64,000 nucleotides of DNA from an uncultured beta proteobacterium (GTDB lineage Bacteria; Pseudomonadota; Gammaproteobacteria; Burkholderiales; Burkholderiaceae_C). A model generated the notes under the pieces. It had not been told where the DNA came from. It searched no databases and worked only from the letters and a program-made list of their open reading frames with translations. Shown here piece by piece: positions 40,835 to 49,533 of this stretch (positions are counted from its first letter, which is position 1; each line of letters opens with the position of its first letter). The DNA lies in NCBI GenBank assembly GCA_963750665.1, contig CAVVRQ010000028.1:299101-363100 (forward strand). The letters are read 5' to 3'. The translations under genes were made by a program, and so were the position numbers.

Positions 40835-41801
40835 GGTACTACAAGCTGGACTTGCAACCACCGTACAGGATGCCGGTCGAATTGGTTATTACCACTTGGG
40901 CATTCCGCTTTCAGGCGCGCTTGATCAGTACTCCTTCCGTGCTGCCAATCTGCTGGTCGGCAACCCTGAAGTTTCCGCCACGCTCGAGATGACGATGCTC
41001 GGCCCGAAGCTGGAATTCACGCATGATTCTGTCATCGCGCTGACTGGCGCGAACTTGCCAGCCAGACTTGACGGCGTTCCCATGCCCGGCAACCAGGCGG
41101 TCGCGGTCAAGGCGGGTAGCGTGCTGAGTTTTGACTTTCTGAAAGAGGGAGTGCGCGCCTACCTCGCCGTGGCGGGAGGCATTGATGTGCCTGAGGTGCT
41201 TGGCAGTCGTTCAACTTACACCTTGGGGGCCATCGGTGGTTTTTGCGGAAGAAAGCTCCAAGCCGGTGATGTGTTGCCCGTGGGGGGTTTTCAGGGGCCA
41301 TCGCACGCAGGAAAAAAGCTGCCAGATCATTTGAAGCAAACCTTGCCCAAGAAGGTTCAGGTTCGCGTTCTTCCCGGCTTGTATTTTCATTGGCTGACCC
41401 AGGCCTCTGGAGAGTCGTTTTTTGAGGATACTTGGCGAGTTGGCCCGGAGGCAGACCGCATCGGCTATCGATTCAAGTATGGTCGACCGATGGAATTTGA
41501 GCCTCGGGAACGCCCTTTTGGCGCTGGTTCCGACCCATCGAACATTGTGGATGCCGGCTATCCCATTGGTTCGATACAAGTTCCTGGCGGTTTGGAACCC
41601 ATCGTCTTGCACCGCGATGCCGTATCCGGCGGTGGCTACGCCATGATTGGCACGGTCATCAGCGCAGATATGGATGTTGTGGCGCAACTACAGCCAAATT
41701 TTGAAACTCAATTTGTCGCGGTTGACATGGCGCAAGCCTTGAGTGCGCGCGCCCAACGCAGTCAACGCCTGGTTGATTTGCGACGGGCCCTATTGAGTTA
41801 G
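40824..41801 (+). CDS. Biotin-dependent carboxyltransferase/allophanate hydrolase subunit 2 (PxpC-like)
   Basis: GLATTVQDAGR, NLLVGN, LEMTMLGP, GVRAYLAVAGG, DRIGYR, GSIQVP, GGGY. Confidence 0.88.
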   Translation: MAIKVLQAGLATTVQDAGRIGYYHLGIPLSGALDQYSFRAANLLVGNPEVSATLEMTMLGPKLEFTHDSVIALTGANLPARLDGVPMPGNQAVAVKAGSVLSFDFLKEGVRAYLAVAGGIDVPEVLGSRSTYTLGAIGGFCGRKLQAGDVLPVGGFQGPSHAGKKLPDHLKQTLPKKVQVRVLPGLYFHWLTQASGESFFEDTWRVGPEADRIGYRFKYGRPMEFEPRERPFGAGSDPSNIVDAGYPIGSIQVPGGLEPIVLHRDAVSGGGYAMIGTVISADMDVVAQLQPNFETQFVAVDMAQALSARAQRSQRLVDLRRALLS

Positions 41802-41848
41802 GTTTCCTAGATATTTCGGCGAGTAATGACCTTACTTGTCTTCCCCAC

Positions 41849-41872
41849 CTTCGCACTGGTGCGAAGTTTTTT
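41849..41872 (+). terminator. Intrinsic terminator between the enzyme genes and the transporter genes
   Basis: CTTCGCAC-TG-GTGCGAAG followed by TTTTTT. Confidence 0.6.
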
Positions 41873-41902
41873 CAACCTTGACTTTTACTTATTGGAGATT
41901 TC

Positions 41903-42973
41903 ATGAAAAAAATATCCGCACCCACCTTGCTCGCCGGTGTCTTGTTGTCTGCCTCATTGACAGCACAAGCGGCGAATTGGTACCCCTACGCGGCCGAGCA
42001 GACTGAGCCTGCATTTTCTGACACCGGTGTGAAGAAACCCATCAACTACGCCCCACTGGCCAAAGCTGCCAAGAAGTGGAAGCTCTGCGTATCATTTCCC
42101 CATATGAAAGATGCCTACTGGCTGGGTGTTGACTATGGCGTGGTTGAGGAAGCGAAGCGTCTTGGCGTGTCGGCCCAGATACTCGAAGCCGGTGGTTACA
42201 CCAACTTGAACAAGCAGATTTCACAGATTGAAGACTGCGTCGCAGGCGGCGGCCAGGCTGTGGTTATTGGTGGCATTTCTGCCGATGGCTTGGCCAACCT
42301 GGTCAAGTCACTCAAAGCCAAAAATATTCCGGCAATTGATGTTATCAATGGTATCAATTCTCCCGACCTGACGGCCAAGTCGCTGGTCTCGTTCTATACG
42401 ATGGGGCAAGAAGCGGGTGCTTATTTGGCGAAAAAACACCCCGCAGGCAGCCCCAAGGCCGTAGTTGCGTGGTTTCCGGGCCCGGCGGGCGCTGGCTGGG
42501 TTGAGGCCGCTAACAAAGGTTTTGCTGAAGCTGTAAAGGGAAGCTCGCTGGAAGTGATGGCACCAATATATGGCGACACCGGCAAAGAAGTCCAGGCCAA
42601 GTTGGTTGAGGACTCTTTGCAATCGAACCCCGCCATACGCTATATCGCGGGCACCGCCGTCACCGCCGAAGTAAGCCAAGGTATTGTGCGCGCACGCAAC
42701 CTGAAGGACAAAGTACAAGTGATTTCGTTTTATTTGACTCCAGACGTCTACGCCGGCATTGAAAAGGGCACGATCATGGCTTCTCCCGCTGATGCGATGG
42801 TGATTCAAGGGCGCATAGCGATCGATCAAGCGGTGCGTGCTTTGGAAGGTAAAGACCTGATCAAGCATGTGGGGCCCAAGATTGTCACGATCGACAAAGC
42901 CAACTTGAAGAAGATTCGCCGTGATGATGTCCTGCCACCAGCATCATTCAAGCCATTGTTCGAAGTCAAGTAA
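41903..42973 (+). CDS. TorT-like periplasmic binding protein of a CUT2 ABC importer
   Basis: Signal peptide; WKLCVSFPHMKDAYWLGVDYG..EEAKRLGV, EAGGY resemble TorT; periplasmic binding protein type 1. Confidence 0.8.
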   Translation: MKKISAPTLLAGVLLSASLTAQAANWYPYAAEQTEPAFSDTGVKKPINYAPLAKAAKKWKLCVSFPHMKDAYWLGVDYGVVEEAKRLGVSAQILEAGGYTNLNKQISQIEDCVAGGGQAVVIGGISADGLANLVKSLKAKNIPAIDVINGINSPDLTAKSLVSFYTMGQEAGAYLAKKHPAGSPKAVVAWFPGPAGAGWVEAANKGFAEAVKGSSLEVMAPIYGDTGKEVQAKLVEDSLQSNPAIRYIAGTAVTAEVSQGIVRARNLKDKVQVISFYLTPDVYAGIEKGTIMASPADAMVIQGRIAIDQAVRALEGKDLIKHVGPKIVTIDKANLKKIRRDDVLPPASFKPLFEVK

Positions 42974-43064
42974 TGGAAACCTGCGGTTTGGGCGAAGTAC
43001 TTTTTGAATTTACTGTTTTGGTGACATCAAGAATGGCTTTGTTCAGGCGGCAGGTTAGCGTGCG

Positions 43065-44558
43065 ATGAGCAATGTTTTATTGTCCATCCAAGGCCTGTCA
43101 AAGGAGTTTCCGGGTGTACGCGCGCTCGATGGCGTGGATTTTGAACTGCTTGCCGGCGAGGTGCATGCACTATTTGGCGAGAATGGTGCAGGCAAGTCCA
43201 CCCTTATTTCCATTATTGCAGGGGCCCAACAGCAAGATAGCGGAACAATTCGCATGCACGGCGAGGAGCTTCGATTTTCGTCTGTCGCGGATGCCAGGCG
43301 ACAAGGCATCAGTGCTGTTTTCCAAGAGTTTTCTTTGGCACCGCACCTCACGGTTGAAGAAAATCTATGCTTGGGCGAAGAGCAACTTCATCAACGCTTG
43401 GGCCTGCTGCAATTGTCAGCCATGTCGCGCCATGCCAGGGCGCTCTTGCAGCGATTGAATTTCAAGATTGATCCCAAGAGAGTGGTTGCAACTCTGTCGC
43501 GCGCGGAGCAGCAAATGGTCGAGATTGCAAAGGCTTTACGCGCAAAGCTTTCGGTGCTGATTCTCGACGAGCCGACAGCCTCACTGACGGACAGAGAAAG
43601 CGAACAGTTGTTTTCAACTGTGCAAAGTTTGAAGCAACAAGGCGTAGGCATTATTTACATCACCCATCGGATTCAGGAGATCAAGCGCTTGGCTGATCGT
43701 GTGACCGTATTGCGTGATGGAAAACATATTGGCGTTGTGGATGCTGCGGCCACAACAGAAGCCAAACTCATTGAAATGATGGCGGGACGCAAAGTTGAAA
43801 AGATATATCCCACCATCGCAGCAGATCCGGGACGCAGCATCCTGGAACTTTCTGACATGCATGGCAGTGCCGACATTGAGGTTGAACACTTTGTCGTGCG
43901 GGAACGTGAAGTCGTTGGCGTTGCCGGTTTGGTCGGTTGTGGAAAATCGGAGCTACTACGCATGGCTTTTGGTATTGAGCCAATCGAATCTGGCATCGTC
44001 AAATTGGATGGACAGATCATCAAGAAGCCAACACCAAGACGCATGCTTGACGCTGGTGTTTTTTATCTTCCACCCGATCGTCGAGAAGAGGGTTTGATGC
44101 TTTCGGCCAGCACTTCCGACAACATTTCACTCAATGCATTGACTCAGCACCCCATTCGTTTTCGTTCCGGCTTTTTGTCTCTGTCTGCAGAGAGGACGGT
44201 AACGCGCGACATCAGCAGGCGGGTAGACATTCATGCAGCAAATTTGCCTCGTGCTACGGCACTTTTGTCGGGCGGAAACCAGCAAAAAGTCTTGTTCGGC
44301 CGAGGCTTGACGCGTTCCATCAAACTGTACATCTTTGATGAACCAACCGTGGGTGTGGATGTTGGTACACGCAGTGCAATCTATTACCTGATCAAGGAGT
44401 TGTGCGAAAGCGGCGCTGCCGTGATCCTGATTTCATCTGATTTACCTGAAATATTACACATGTCTCACCGCGTTTACGTCATGCGCTCTGGTCGTATAGC
44501 CGCTGAGATCGATCACAGCCGCCTCACCGAAGCGGTCCTATTGCAGCACTTTTTTTAG
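43065..44558 (+). CDS. CUT2 ABC ATP-binding protein (RbsA-like, two ATPase domains)
   Basis: GENGAGKST, LILDEPT, LSGGNQQKV, DEPTVGVDVG. Confidence 0.95.
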   Translation: MSNVLLSIQGLSKEFPGVRALDGVDFELLAGEVHALFGENGAGKSTLISIIAGAQQQDSGTIRMHGEELRFSSVADARRQGISAVFQEFSLAPHLTVEENLCLGEEQLHQRLGLLQLSAMSRHARALLQRLNFKIDPKRVVATLSRAEQQMVEIAKALRAKLSVLILDEPTASLTDRESEQLFSTVQSLKQQGVGIIYITHRIQEIKRLADRVTVLRDGKHIGVVDAAATTEAKLIEMMAGRKVEKIYPTIAADPGRSILELSDMHGSADIEVEHFVVREREVVGVAGLVGCGKSELLRMAFGIEPIESGIVKLDGQIIKKPTPRRMLDAGVFYLPPDRREEGLMLSASTSDNISLNALTQHPIRFRSGFLSLSAERTVTRDISRRVDIHAANLPRATALLSGGNQQKVLFGRGLTRSIKLYIFDEPTVGVDVGTRSAIYYLIKELCESGAAVILISSDLPEILHMSHRVYVMRSGRIAAEIDHSRLTEAVLLQHFF

Positions 44559-44586
44559 CCGACCACGTCAATGAAGGCAAACCAGA

Positions 44587-45618
44587 ATGAGTTCAATTGA
44601 TTCTGAGAACAATCCAGGTTCAAAGCACAAGCTCTCGGTGCGTGACTGGATGCTGAGGATATTTTTGCATTGGGGTGTCATGCCCTTCTTGCTTGTGATT
44701 GCAGTGGTTATTTTCAGTCTGATGTCGTCGCGTTTTCTGACGACCGAAAACTTGATCAATTTATTTCGCCAGTCGGTATATCTTGTACTGGTCTCGCTGG
44801 GTCAAATGTTGGCGCTAATTTCTGGGGGTTTTGACCTGTCGGTCGGCACCATTGTTGCTGTCGCATCCGTGGTGTCCGCCTTGACCATGGGTGCTCTGGC
44901 CCTCAGTTTTCCTGATGCAATTTGGCTGGTTATTGCTTTGGGTTGCTTGGCAGGTCTGGGTGCGGCAATGTTGATTGGAGTGGTCAACGGGGCAGGCGTC
45001 GCCATATTCGGGGTATCCCCGTTCATCATGACGCTTGGAATGCAATCGATTGGTTTTGGCATTGCCCTGTTTTTGACGGCCGGCGTTCCTGTCTCAGGCC
45101 TGCCCGACGCACTAGGAGATCTTTTCGGCTTTGGCGTGTTGTTTGGCGTTCCTGTGCCAATTCTGGTCATGTTGTTGATTCTGGCGCTTATGTTCGTCTT
45201 GTTGAACTACTCTGCCTGGGGCAGACACTTGTATGCAGTCGGTAGTAATCCAAAGGCCGCCTTGCTTTCGGGTATTCGAGTCAAACCAGTCCTTATCGGC
45301 GCCTACGTTTTGTGTGCATTGATCGCCGGCATATCGGGCCTGTTGCTCACAGCAAGAACTGCATCTGGAGATGCAAACTTGGGTGGCTCGATGGCACTTG
45401 AATCTATCGCTGCTTGTGTTATCGGTGGAGTGTCACTTCGTGGTGGCATCGGACGACTGGAAAACGTCGTATTAGGTGCGATATTTATCGGGCTCGTACA
45501 AAACGGAATGAATCTGGCACAAATCGGCTCGTACCTGCAGATTGTCGTACTCGGTGTGCTGCTAATTATTGCCGTCGTCTTTGATCGCATTCGCCAAAAG
45601 CGTTTGTACCGGCTTTAG
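44587..45618 (+). CDS. CUT2 ABC permease (RbsC-like)
   Basis: GGFDLSVG, PFIMTLG, GRHLYAVGSN..AA.LSGI, IGGVSLRGG.G. Confidence 0.95.
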   Translation: MSSIDSENNPGSKHKLSVRDWMLRIFLHWGVMPFLLVIAVVIFSLMSSRFLTTENLINLFRQSVYLVLVSLGQMLALISGGFDLSVGTIVAVASVVSALTMGALALSFPDAIWLVIALGCLAGLGAAMLIGVVNGAGVAIFGVSPFIMTLGMQSIGFGIALFLTAGVPVSGLPDALGDLFGFGVLFGVPVPILVMLLILALMFVLLNYSAWGRHLYAVGSNPKAALLSGIRVKPVLIGAYVLCALIAGISGLLLTARTASGDANLGGSMALESIAACVIGGVSLRGGIGRLENVVLGAIFIGLVQNGMNLAQIGSYLQIVVLGVLLIIAVVFDRIRQKRLYRL

Positions 45619-45695
45619 GTCGGCGCGCCACAAACCGTCAAGCGCGCAAGTTCACTTTTCTTCTTGATTTCGACTCACCAACACACTGAACTGAT

Positions 45696-46997
45696 ATGCA
45701 ACACAAACCTCAACTCACCAATGCGTCCCTGATGGCGCGGCGTCGGGCCGCCATTCCGCGCGGTGTCGGCCAAAGCCACGAAGTCTTCATCGCGCGCGGC
45801 GAGAACGCCGAAATCTGGGACGTCGAGGGCAAGCGCTACATCGACTTCGCAGGCGGCATCGCGGTACTCAATACCGGGCATTGCAACCCGAGCGTGATTG
45901 CCGCCGTCAAGGCCCAACTTGATCATTACACCCACACCTGCTTTCAGGTGCTGGCTTACGAACCCTACGTTGAGTTGGCCGAACGCATCAACGCGCTTGC
46001 TCCCGGTGACTTTGCCAAGAAGACGCTGTTTCTGAGCACTGGTGCCGAAGCCATTGAGAATGCGGTCAAGATCGCCCGCGCCTACACCAAGCGTGCCGCC
46101 ATCATCGCCTTCACCAGCGGCTACCACGGGCGCACGCTGCTGACGCTGGGTTTGACCGGCAAGGTGGCACCCTACAAAACCGGTTTTGGCCCGTTCCCGC
46201 CCGAGATCTTCCATGCCCAGTTTCCCAACGCGCTGCACGGAGTCAGCGTCGATGACGCCATCGCCTCAATCGAGTCGATCTTCAAAAATGACGTGGAAGC
46301 CAGTCGCGTGGCCGCCATCCTGGTGGAGCCGGTACAAGGCGAAGGCGGCTTCAACGTGGCACCGCCCGAATTCCTGCAACGCCTGCGCGTGCTGTGCGAC
46401 CAGCACGGCATTTTGCTCATCGCCGACGAGATCCAGACCGGCGCCGGACGCACCGGCACCTGGTTCGCGGTGGAGCAAAGCGGCGTTGAGCCCGACCTGA
46501 TCACGCTGGCCAAGTCGATGGCAGGGGGTTTCCCGATCTCCGCCGTGGTCGGTCGTGCCGAGGTCATGGACGCCCCCGCCCCCGGTGGCCTGGGCGGCAC
46601 CTATGCCGGCAGCCCGATGGCATGCGCGGCGGCTTTGGCGGTACTGAAGGTCTTTGAGAAAGAGAATCTGCTCGAGCGCAGCCGCAAGCTGGGTGTGCGT
46701 TTGACCGCCAGTTTGAAAAAAATGGCAGCCAGGAATTCCTGTATCGCCGACGTGCGCGGTCTGGGTGCCATGGTGGCGATGGAGCTCTGCAAGGGCGGCG
46801 ACATCCATCAGCCTGATGCCGATATGGCCAAACGGCTGGTCGCAGAAGCTACCCAACGCGGGCTCATTTTGTTGTCCTGCGGCACTTATGGCAACGTCAT
46901 CCGCATCCTGGTGCCGCTCACCGCCAGCGACGCGCTGGTGGATGAAGGTCTGGCCATCATCGACGCTGCGCTGACGGCCATTCAGGCCGACCAGTAA
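45696..46997 (+). CDS. gabT: 4-aminobutyrate/5-aminovalerate aminotransferase (GabT/DavT)
   Basis: DFAGGIAVLNTGH, HTCFQV, TGAEAIENAVKIAR, EPVQGEGGF, DEIQTG, AKS, GGTYAG. Confidence 0.93.
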   Translation: MQHKPQLTNASLMARRRAAIPRGVGQSHEVFIARGENAEIWDVEGKRYIDFAGGIAVLNTGHCNPSVIAAVKAQLDHYTHTCFQVLAYEPYVELAERINALAPGDFAKKTLFLSTGAEAIENAVKIARAYTKRAAIIAFTSGYHGRTLLTLGLTGKVAPYKTGFGPFPPEIFHAQFPNALHGVSVDDAIASIESIFKNDVEASRVAAILVEPVQGEGGFNVAPPEFLQRLRVLCDQHGILLIADEIQTGAGRTGTWFAVEQSGVEPDLITLAKSMAGGFPISAVVGRAEVMDAPAPGGLGGTYAGSPMACAAALAVLKVFEKENLLERSRKLGVRLTASLKKMAARNSCIADVRGLGAMVAMELCKGGDIHQPDADMAKRLVAEATQRGLILLSCGTYGNVIRILVPLTASDALVDEGLAIIDAALTAIQADQ

Positions 46998-47057
46998 CTT
47001 TACATCCTAAGCCATCTGACCGACGACAGGTCGGCGCATCAACCCTTGAGCCCTTAT

Positions 47058-47372
47058 ATGACATTTTCAAATCCAAGCAGCAGGAAGATCAAACGCCCCC
47101 AGGCAGTTCCTAGCGTGCAGGTGTCAAACGAACATGTCATCGTAACTGAATGGCGATTTGCGCCTGGTGCCGAAACTGGCTGGCACACTCATGGCCACAA
47201 CTATGTCGTGGTACCTCAAACCAACGGTGACCTTCTGCTTGAAACCCCAGAGGGACAAATGACGGCGATTTTGGTAGCGGGTCAATCGTACGCGCGGGCT
47301 ACCGGGGTTCAACATAATGTTGTCAACTCATCCTCTCATGAACTGGTTTTCATTGAAATTGAAGTTCTGTGA
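47058..47372 (+). CDS. bauB: Small cupin, BauB-like
   Basis: RPQAVPSVQV..EHVIVTEWRFAPGAETGWHTH..YVVVP...LLLETPEG...GVQHNVVN closely matches Pseudomonas BauB as recalled. Confidence 0.72.
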   Translation: MTFSNPSSRKIKRPQAVPSVQVSNEHVIVTEWRFAPGAETGWHTHGHNYVVVPQTNGDLLLETPEGQMTAILVAGQSYARATGVQHNVVNSSSHELVFIEIEVL

Positions 47373-47423
47373 CCGGCATTTTGGAAAATCTCAATACTTC
47401 AACCTTAACCCGGAGTAACTACC

Positions 47424-48884
47424 ATGCTGCAACTCAAAGACCCAACCCTGTTGCGCCAGCAAGCCTATATCAACGGCCAATGGTGCAATGCCGATAGCGG
47501 CGAAACCTGTGCCGTGACCAACCCGGCTACCGGTGAAACCATCGGAACTGTGCCAAAAATGGGCGCAGCAGAAACCCGCCGTGCGATCGCTGCGGCAAAC
47601 GCAGCCTGGCCTGCCTGGCGTGCCAAGACCGGCAAAGAACGCAGCGCCGTGATACGCAAATGGAATGACCTGATGCTCGCCAATGCCGACGATCTGGGCA
47701 TGATCATGACCGTTGAGCAGGGTAAACCGCTGGCTGAAGCCAAGGGCGAAATCGCTTACGCGGCATCCTTTGTCGAGTGGTTCGCTGAAGAAGCCAAACG
47801 CGTCAGCGGCGACACACTGGCCTCACCCTGGACCGATCGCCGAATCGTTGTCATCAAACAACCTATCGGTGTCTGCGCGGCCATCACGCCCTGGAATTTC
47901 CCCTCCTCGATGATTACCCGCAAAGCTGGCCCGGCGCTGGCTGCAGGCTGCCCGATGGTCCTGAAACCGGCGTCAGCGACACCCTATTCAGCACTGGCGC
48001 TGGCCGTGCTGGCCGAGCGCGCCGGCGTATCACCGGGCATCTTCAGTGTTTTGACCGGGTCTGCCGGCGCCATTGGTGGCGAGATGAGCGCCAACCCCAC
48101 GGTGCGAAAGCTCTCTTTCACCGGTTCCACCTCAGTCGGCAGTATGCTGATGCAGCAATGCGCCAAGACCATCAAGAAGCTGTCATTGGAGTTGGGCGGC
48201 AACGCCCCCTTCATCGTGTTTGACGATGCCAATCTGGACGCAGCAGTCGAGGGCGCCATGATGTCGAAATACCGCAATGCGGGTCAGACTTGCGTCTGCG
48301 CCAACCGCTTGTATGTGCAAGACGGTGTCTATGATGCGTTTGCCAAGAAGCTGGTCGCGGCGGTGGAGAAGCTCAAGGTCGGCAATGGGGTCGAAGCAGG
48401 TGTCACACAGGGCCCACTGATTGACGACGCGGCGATTAAAAAAGTGGAAGAGCATGTTGCCGATGCATTGGCCAAGGGCGGGCGACTTCTCACTGGCGGC
48501 AAACGCCATGCACTCGGACACAGCTTCTTCGAACCGACCGTGATCGCTGATGCCACGCCTGACATGCTGGTCGCACGCGAGGAAACCTTTGGTCCCCTGG
48601 CGCCGCTGTTTCGCTTCAAGACCGACGCTGAGGCGATTGCCATGGCCAACGATACCGAGTTTGGTCTGGCCAGCTACTTCTATTCACGCGACATTGGGCG
48701 CATCTGGCGCGTTGGGGAGGCAATCGAGAGCGGCATGGTCGGCATCAACACTGGGATAATTTCCAACGAAGTTGCGCCCTTTGGCGGCGTCAAGCAGTCC
48801 GGACTGGGCCGCGAAGGCTCCAAGTACGGGATCGAGGAATATCTGGTGATCAAGTACTTGTGCATGGGCGGCCTGGATAAGTGA
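47424..48884 (+). CDS. gabD: NAD(P)-dependent succinate/glutarate-semialdehyde dehydrogenase (GabD/DavD)
   Basis: AITPWNFP, FTGST.VG, LELGGNAP, GQTCVC, EETFGP, PFGGVKQSG.GREGS. Confidence 0.95.
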   Translation: MLQLKDPTLLRQQAYINGQWCNADSGETCAVTNPATGETIGTVPKMGAAETRRAIAAANAAWPAWRAKTGKERSAVIRKWNDLMLANADDLGMIMTVEQGKPLAEAKGEIAYAASFVEWFAEEAKRVSGDTLASPWTDRRIVVIKQPIGVCAAITPWNFPSSMITRKAGPALAAGCPMVLKPASATPYSALALAVLAERAGVSPGIFSVLTGSAGAIGGEMSANPTVRKLSFTGSTSVGSMLMQQCAKTIKKLSLELGGNAPFIVFDDANLDAAVEGAMMSKYRNAGQTCVCANRLYVQDGVYDAFAKKLVAAVEKLKVGNGVEAGVTQGPLIDDAAIKKVEEHVADALAKGGRLLTGGKRHALGHSFFEPTVIADATPDMLVAREETFGPLAPLFRFKTDAEAIAMANDTEFGLASYFYSRDIGRIWRVGEAIESGMVGINTGIISNEVAPFGGVKQSGLGREGSKYGIEEYLVIKYLCMGGLDK

Positions 48885-48930
48885 GTCGCGGTGAGAGTGA
48901 TTTCTGCCACGCCATGCCGCCAGGGTTTCG

Positions 48931-49518
48931 TCAGGTCAATAGGTCGGCTTTACCCACCCACTTTGGTATCGCAGGCGCTTTATAGCTGGCGAAGCGCTCC
49001 AGCAGCACCTGGGGTTTCTGCTCGACGATCAACAAGGAGCGGTGTGGTGGCTTGACGAACTGCTCCGCTGCGGCGTGATCCAGAAAAGTCGTCAGCGAGT
49101 CAAAGTAGCCCGCCACGTTCAGGACGCCGCAGGGTTTGGCATGGATGCCCAATTGCGCCCAGGTCCAGATCTCGAATAATTCTTCCAGCGTGCCAATTCC
49201 GCCAGGCAGGGCAATGAAGCCGTCGGAGAGTTCCGCCATCAGCGTTTTGCGCTCGTGCATCGACTCGGTGATATGCAACTCGGTCAGGTGCTGGTGCGCG
49301 ATTTCCTTGCGTGCCAGCGCCTGCGGGATGACCCCCACCGCCTGGCCGCCGAGCTGCAGCACGGCATCGGCCAGCACGCCCATGATGCCAACGCTGGCGC
49401 CGCCATAGACCAGCCCCAGCTTGCGCTCAACCAGCGCCCGGGCCAACTCGCGCGCGGCGCTGGCATAGGCTTGGCGGCGGCCGATGCCGGAGCCGCAATA
49501 GATGCAGATATTTTTCAT
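48931..49518 (-). CDS. LOG-family (TIGR00730-like) nucleotide phosphoribohydrolase
   Basis: ICIYCGS, LVYGG..VGIMG, MHERK, PGGIGTLEE. Confidence 0.92.
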   Translation of the reverse strand: MKNICIYCGSGIGRRQAYASAARELARALVERKLGLVYGGASVGIMGVLADAVLQLGGQAVGVIPQALARKEIAHQHLTELHITESMHERKTLMAELSDGFIALPGGIGTLEELFEIWTWAQLGIHAKPCGVLNVAGYFDSLTTFLDHAAAEQFVKPPHRSLLIVEQKPQVLLERFASYKAPAIPKWVGKADLLT

Positions 49519-49533
49519 GTCAACCTTGTCCTG

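Noticed and set aside
37367-41801. Guanidine or urea carboxylase pathway
   Set aside because: No allophanate amidase (AtzF), no CgdAB-like pair and no recognisable guanidine riboswitch upstream; not fully excluded without assays.
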